Virus record (IMG/VR): IMGVR_UViG_2645728028_000002
Span: 32,001-96,000 of that record
From: a virus
Lineage: Duplodnaviria; Caudoviricetes
DNA length: 64,000 nt
Strand: one strand, 5' to 3'
Part shown: one piece after another, positions 61,196 to 64,000 of the stretch
Numbering within the stretch: position 1 is the first letter of the stretch
How the letters are laid out: the number at the start of each line of letters is the position of its first letter
Translations under genes and position numbers: made by a program
The notes under the pieces: model-generated
What the model saw: the letters and a program-made list of their open reading frames with translations, nothing else
Databases searched by the model: none
What the model was told of the DNA's origin: nothing

Positions 61196-61929
61196 TGAAA
61201 TATATGCATGATGTATGGGTAAACTTCTTTGAAAGAGAGGAAAATGGATATAACGTATGTGAATTTCATGAATGGAAAAAGGACGATAGTGTAGAATTAA
61301 TGGATCAAATACCGTTATTAAGAGTCGATAGTGAACTATATAACTATTTATTAAACAGTCTTCAACAAATTCCACAAGAAATACTAAACTTAGTAAGGAA
61401 TAAATCTTATCTTAGAAAGAATCACGAAAGAGTACGAGTGGAATATGGATTTATTATTACAGATGGTTTTGATGTATTGGCAATAGAAACTGAAGGATAT
61501 GATTTCCCACTTAAAAAGAGTAAATTGATTCCAAGGCAAAGTAGACTTGCTTTAGAATTGGCAGAAGTCAATGATTCAGTAATTAAGATGCCAGACAGTC
61601 TTTCTGTTAACAAGGAATATAACTTGCTCTCACCTGATCCAGCTACTATGCAGGGATTGACAAGAAAAGAGCGCTCACTAAAGCAATTACTTTTTATAGG
61701 CTTATGCGATCTTAAAGAAAGTAGAAACTTAGATAAGCTGAGATACGTGTATTCAGAATTTAATATTAATAATTATTCAAATGTAAAAGAATTTGATTTC
61801 GATGAATTGTTTAATGCGTTGATGGAAGAAGTGTCAGATGGATGGTCAGAATCGCATAATGAATTCTGCAAGTTAATTACATATGGTCAAATACATTTAG
61901 AAAAATTATATGAAATCCAATCAAAATAA
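61195..61929 (+). CDS. yjbA: YjbA/DUF3603 family protein
   Basis: MKYMHDVWVNFFEREENGYNVCEFHEW...KSKLIPRQ...GLTRKER closely resembles Bacillus YjbA. Confidence 0.8.
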   Translation: MKYMHDVWVNFFEREENGYNVCEFHEWKKDDSVELMDQIPLLRVDSELYNYLLNSLQQIPQEILNLVRNKSYLRKNHERVRVEYGFIITDGFDVLAIETEGYDFPLKKSKLIPRQSRLALELAEVNDSVIKMPDSLSVNKEYNLLSPDPATMQGLTRKERSLKQLLFIGLCDLKESRNLDKLRYVYSEFNINNYSNVKEFDFDELFNALMEEVSDGWSESHNEFCKLITYGQIHLEKLYEIQSK

Positions 61930-61968
61930 AATAAAAAGGCGATTTGATTTGAAAAAGGAGATGAAAAA

Positions 61969-62547
61969 ATGGCAGGTCATGAAAAGGTATTTAAAGGAGT
62001 TGCAATTGGTAGATATTTTGATGAACCAGAAAAGTTATCTAAGGATCTTCAGAAACATGTTAAAGGCGATGTTGTATTCTTCTGCGTAGGTACTGACAGA
62101 AATACAGGAGATTCATTTGCTCCATTTATAGGAACATTTCTAAAGGAAAAAGGATATGAGAATGTGATTGGTACAATTGATGATCCTGTACATGCTACTA
62201 ACCTTGATGAGAAGATTAAAGATATTCCAGAAGATAAAACAGTCCTAGCAATTGATGCTTGTATGGGAAGATTAAAAAGTGTTGGGAATATTGTTTTGAA
62301 CAGTGGAGCTTTACGTGCTGGAGCAGGAGTAGGGAAGGACTTAACACCTGTTGGAGATTTTCATATCCAAGGTATAGTAAATGTTGATGGAGGGTTTAGT
62401 GGGGAGTTAAGTGCGATGATTTTAGGTAGCACAAGATTGTCATTTGTATTAAATCTTGCTAAACAATGTGTAGCAGCAATTGAAGAATCATTTCCATTAC
62501 ATAATGAAGAAACTGATACTAAACCGTTAATGAAAATAATCAAATAA
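61969..62547 (+). CDS. yyaC: Spore protease YyaC family (DUF1256)
   Basis: CVGTDRNTGDS, GTIDDPVHA.NL, AIDACMG, GAGVGKDL..VGD. Confidence 0.88.
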   Translation: MAGHEKVFKGVAIGRYFDEPEKLSKDLQKHVKGDVVFFCVGTDRNTGDSFAPFIGTFLKEKGYENVIGTIDDPVHATNLDEKIKDIPEDKTVLAIDACMGRLKSVGNIVLNSGALRAGAGVGKDLTPVGDFHIQGIVNVDGGFSGELSAMILGSTRLSFVLNLAKQCVAAIEESFPLHNEETDTKPLMKIIK

Positions 62548-62562
62548 AGGAGGTTTGTTAGA

Positions 62563-63361
62563 ATGGTGGTGCAAAGCGAAAAAGGAAATAAGATTGGTAA
62601 AAAGATTGAGGATCTTATGGAATCTTTAATTTGTGGATTTGAAGAAGATGAGGAAATGTTGGAGCGTGAAATTAATAAGTTGCAGGAACAGTATTTCGCC
62701 ATTGAGGGAAGATACTTTAGATCAGTATTGGAAAACTAAATAATAAGATTGCTTATAGGAAGGATGGAAATATGAGAAAATTATTTAAGGAAGATGAATT
62801 TGACAGGATAAATGCAGAACTGGTAAACAGTATCATTCCTGCTGAATCCCTAAATGGTTATTTTAACTTAGGAGTAGCACAGACTTTAAGTACTCTAACT
62901 GATATCGCTAACCAATACATTAATGGACAATACAGCAAAGAACTAGATGCAGTAGACTTGAAGAAAATTATTGTTGAGTTAATGTGTCAAAATAAAGAGG
63001 CAAGGACTTACTTTGATAGATTAAGAAATGATGGTATTAAATTAAATCATGAGGATTTCAGTTAATAAGATTGTTTTATAAGGAGTGTATATAATTGAAT
63101 GAATTGAAGGTTGCGCTGGATAGTTATTTTGAATTTAGTCCTAAAGCAAAGGAAATAAAAGATTGGGCAGGCTGTAACTACTATGTTAATAGAGGCAATA
63201 ATGATTGTGAGCCAATAGGTACTGCTACATCAATGCATGATTGCTTAGATTGTGAAAGAATTGATTATTGTAAGATTAAGATGAGTGCTCCAATTTGGGA
63301 AATAAATGACGAAAGAGTTAAAGAGTTAAATAAAAAGTGGAGAGAAATGCACAGTAAATAA
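62563..63361 (+). CDS. Three small hypothetical genes (62563-62739, 62772-63065, 63095-63361)
   Basis: RBSs; junction motifs between them. Confidence 0.55.
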
Positions 63362-63404
63362 AACATACATTTTATAGTAAATAATTTAACAAAAAGGAGT
63401 GGAC

Positions 63405-64000
63405 ATGGTGCTAAATGAGACACTTGATAAATTAATACAGGAAGAAATAGATAAAGGTATTGAAGAAATTAAAGATGATTATTCGAGAGTAAAGAGCGAT
63501 TTTGATAATCTTAGGAAAAAATTAAGAGAAAAAACCAATGAAGTTAATGGTCTAAAAAGACTTGAAGATCAAATGAATGTGTTTAAAACTTTTCAAGACA
63601 CAATTAGCAAGGATAATATTGAGGAATTAATTCATCACTTAAACATGGAGCAGCAGGAAATTGACTTCAATGGTATGGATTCAGATAGAATTCCAGTTTG
63701 GTTTAAACTTTTATGTACATATTATCATGATAAAGAAAAAATATTTGAAATTATGGACTTGTTTAACATCACATATCCTAGCTGGGCGAAAACATTTAAA
63801 ATGCCATTCGATTATGGAAAAGAAGAATTAAATTTAGTATTTGAATATTTGGGTAAGATGTACGTGTGTAACGGACAAATTTTCAGTGGAAACATGGGAT
63901 TCTTCTTTACATATCAAAATAGATATAATGGTGATTTAGAAGCTTTATTTAGAAAAGAGTCTTACGTGGAAATTCCTTGGAATTTGTTATTGCAGAATCC
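63405..64000 (+). CDS. Hypothetical protein (runs off the window end)
   Basis: AAGGAG RBS, MVLNETLDKLIQEEI..., coiled-coil start. Confidence 0.6.
   Translation, partial: MVLNETLDKLIQEEIDKGIEEIKDDYSRVKSDFDNLRKKLREKTNEVNGLKRLEDQMNVFKTFQDTISKDNIEELIHHLNMEQQEIDFNGMDSDRIPVWFKLLCTYYHDKEKIFEIMDLFNITYPSWAKTFKMPFDYGKEELNLVFEYLGKMYVCNGQIFSGNMGFFFTYQNRYNGDLEALFRKESYVEIPWNLLLQN

Larger units (their letters stand above)
60870..63375. repeat. Second stretch of 18-bp junction motifs
   Basis: 60870 ATAAAA-TCAGTG-TTTTAT, 61931 ATAAAA-AGGCGA-TTTGAT, 63062 TTAATA-AGATTG-TTTTAT, 63358 ATAAAA-CATACA-TTTTAT. Confidence 0.7.
1..64000. mobile_element. SPbeta-like temperate phage/prophage (internal segment)
   Basis: Gene order portal-terL-yonG-yonJ-yonK-yonO ... 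aimR-aimP ... yopP-yopQ-yopR-yopS matches SPbeta-like phages; no host housekeeping genes. Confidence 0.93.

Noticed and set aside
4264-62702. Many antisense or nested ORFs in the track (e.g. 4264, 8761, 11803, 21291, 30826, 43463, 55484, 62361)
   Set aside because: They shadow well-supported genes and lack RBSs or recognisable motifs
1-64000. tRNA or rRNA genes
   Set aside because: No cloverleaf or T-loop signature noticed by eye; tRNAscan-SE would be needed to exclude them formally

Overview
AT-rich (roughly 30% GC by eye) segment of a large SPbeta-like temperate phage or prophage of a Bacillaceae host; no host chromosomal genes or att site are visible. Left to right: (1) 1-11.6 kb, minus strand: start of the late/packaging operon (portal, large terminase, YonG-, YonJ- and YonK-like genes, a PIN-PhoH gene, the single-subunit RNA polymerase YonO, a GIY-YIG endonuclease). 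(2) 11.8-18.5 kb: accessory module of ParM-like actin, ParR-like protein, 11-bp-phased iterons, M23 peptidase, XRE regulator, pilin-like and VirB6-like membrane proteins and an FtsK/SpoIIIE ATPase. (3) 18.7-22.7 kb: RecD2 helicase, HNH-AP2 endonuclease and a wHTH protein. (4) 22.7-24 kb: non-coding region with an abrupt G-rich to C-rich strand switch. (5) 24-34.5 kb: early genes, each with a sigma-A promoter, including an LPD29-like protein and a DUF4942-like adenine methyltransferase. (6) 34.5-55 kb and 60.9-64 kb: dozens of tiny genes whose boundaries are repeatedly marked by an 18-bp pseudo-palindrome WTAAWA-N6-TTTTAW, with an arbitrium locus (aimR, and an aimP ending DPKPGG that the ORF track missed) embedded in the array. 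(7) 55.4-59.6 kb: yopP/yopQ/yopR/yopS-like lysogeny cluster. The most striking unexplained signal is the junction motif next to a catalytically intact tyrosine recombinase, which suggests an integron-like gene-cassette system in a phage. All assignments come from motif recognition and remembered SPbeta synteny, not from database searches.
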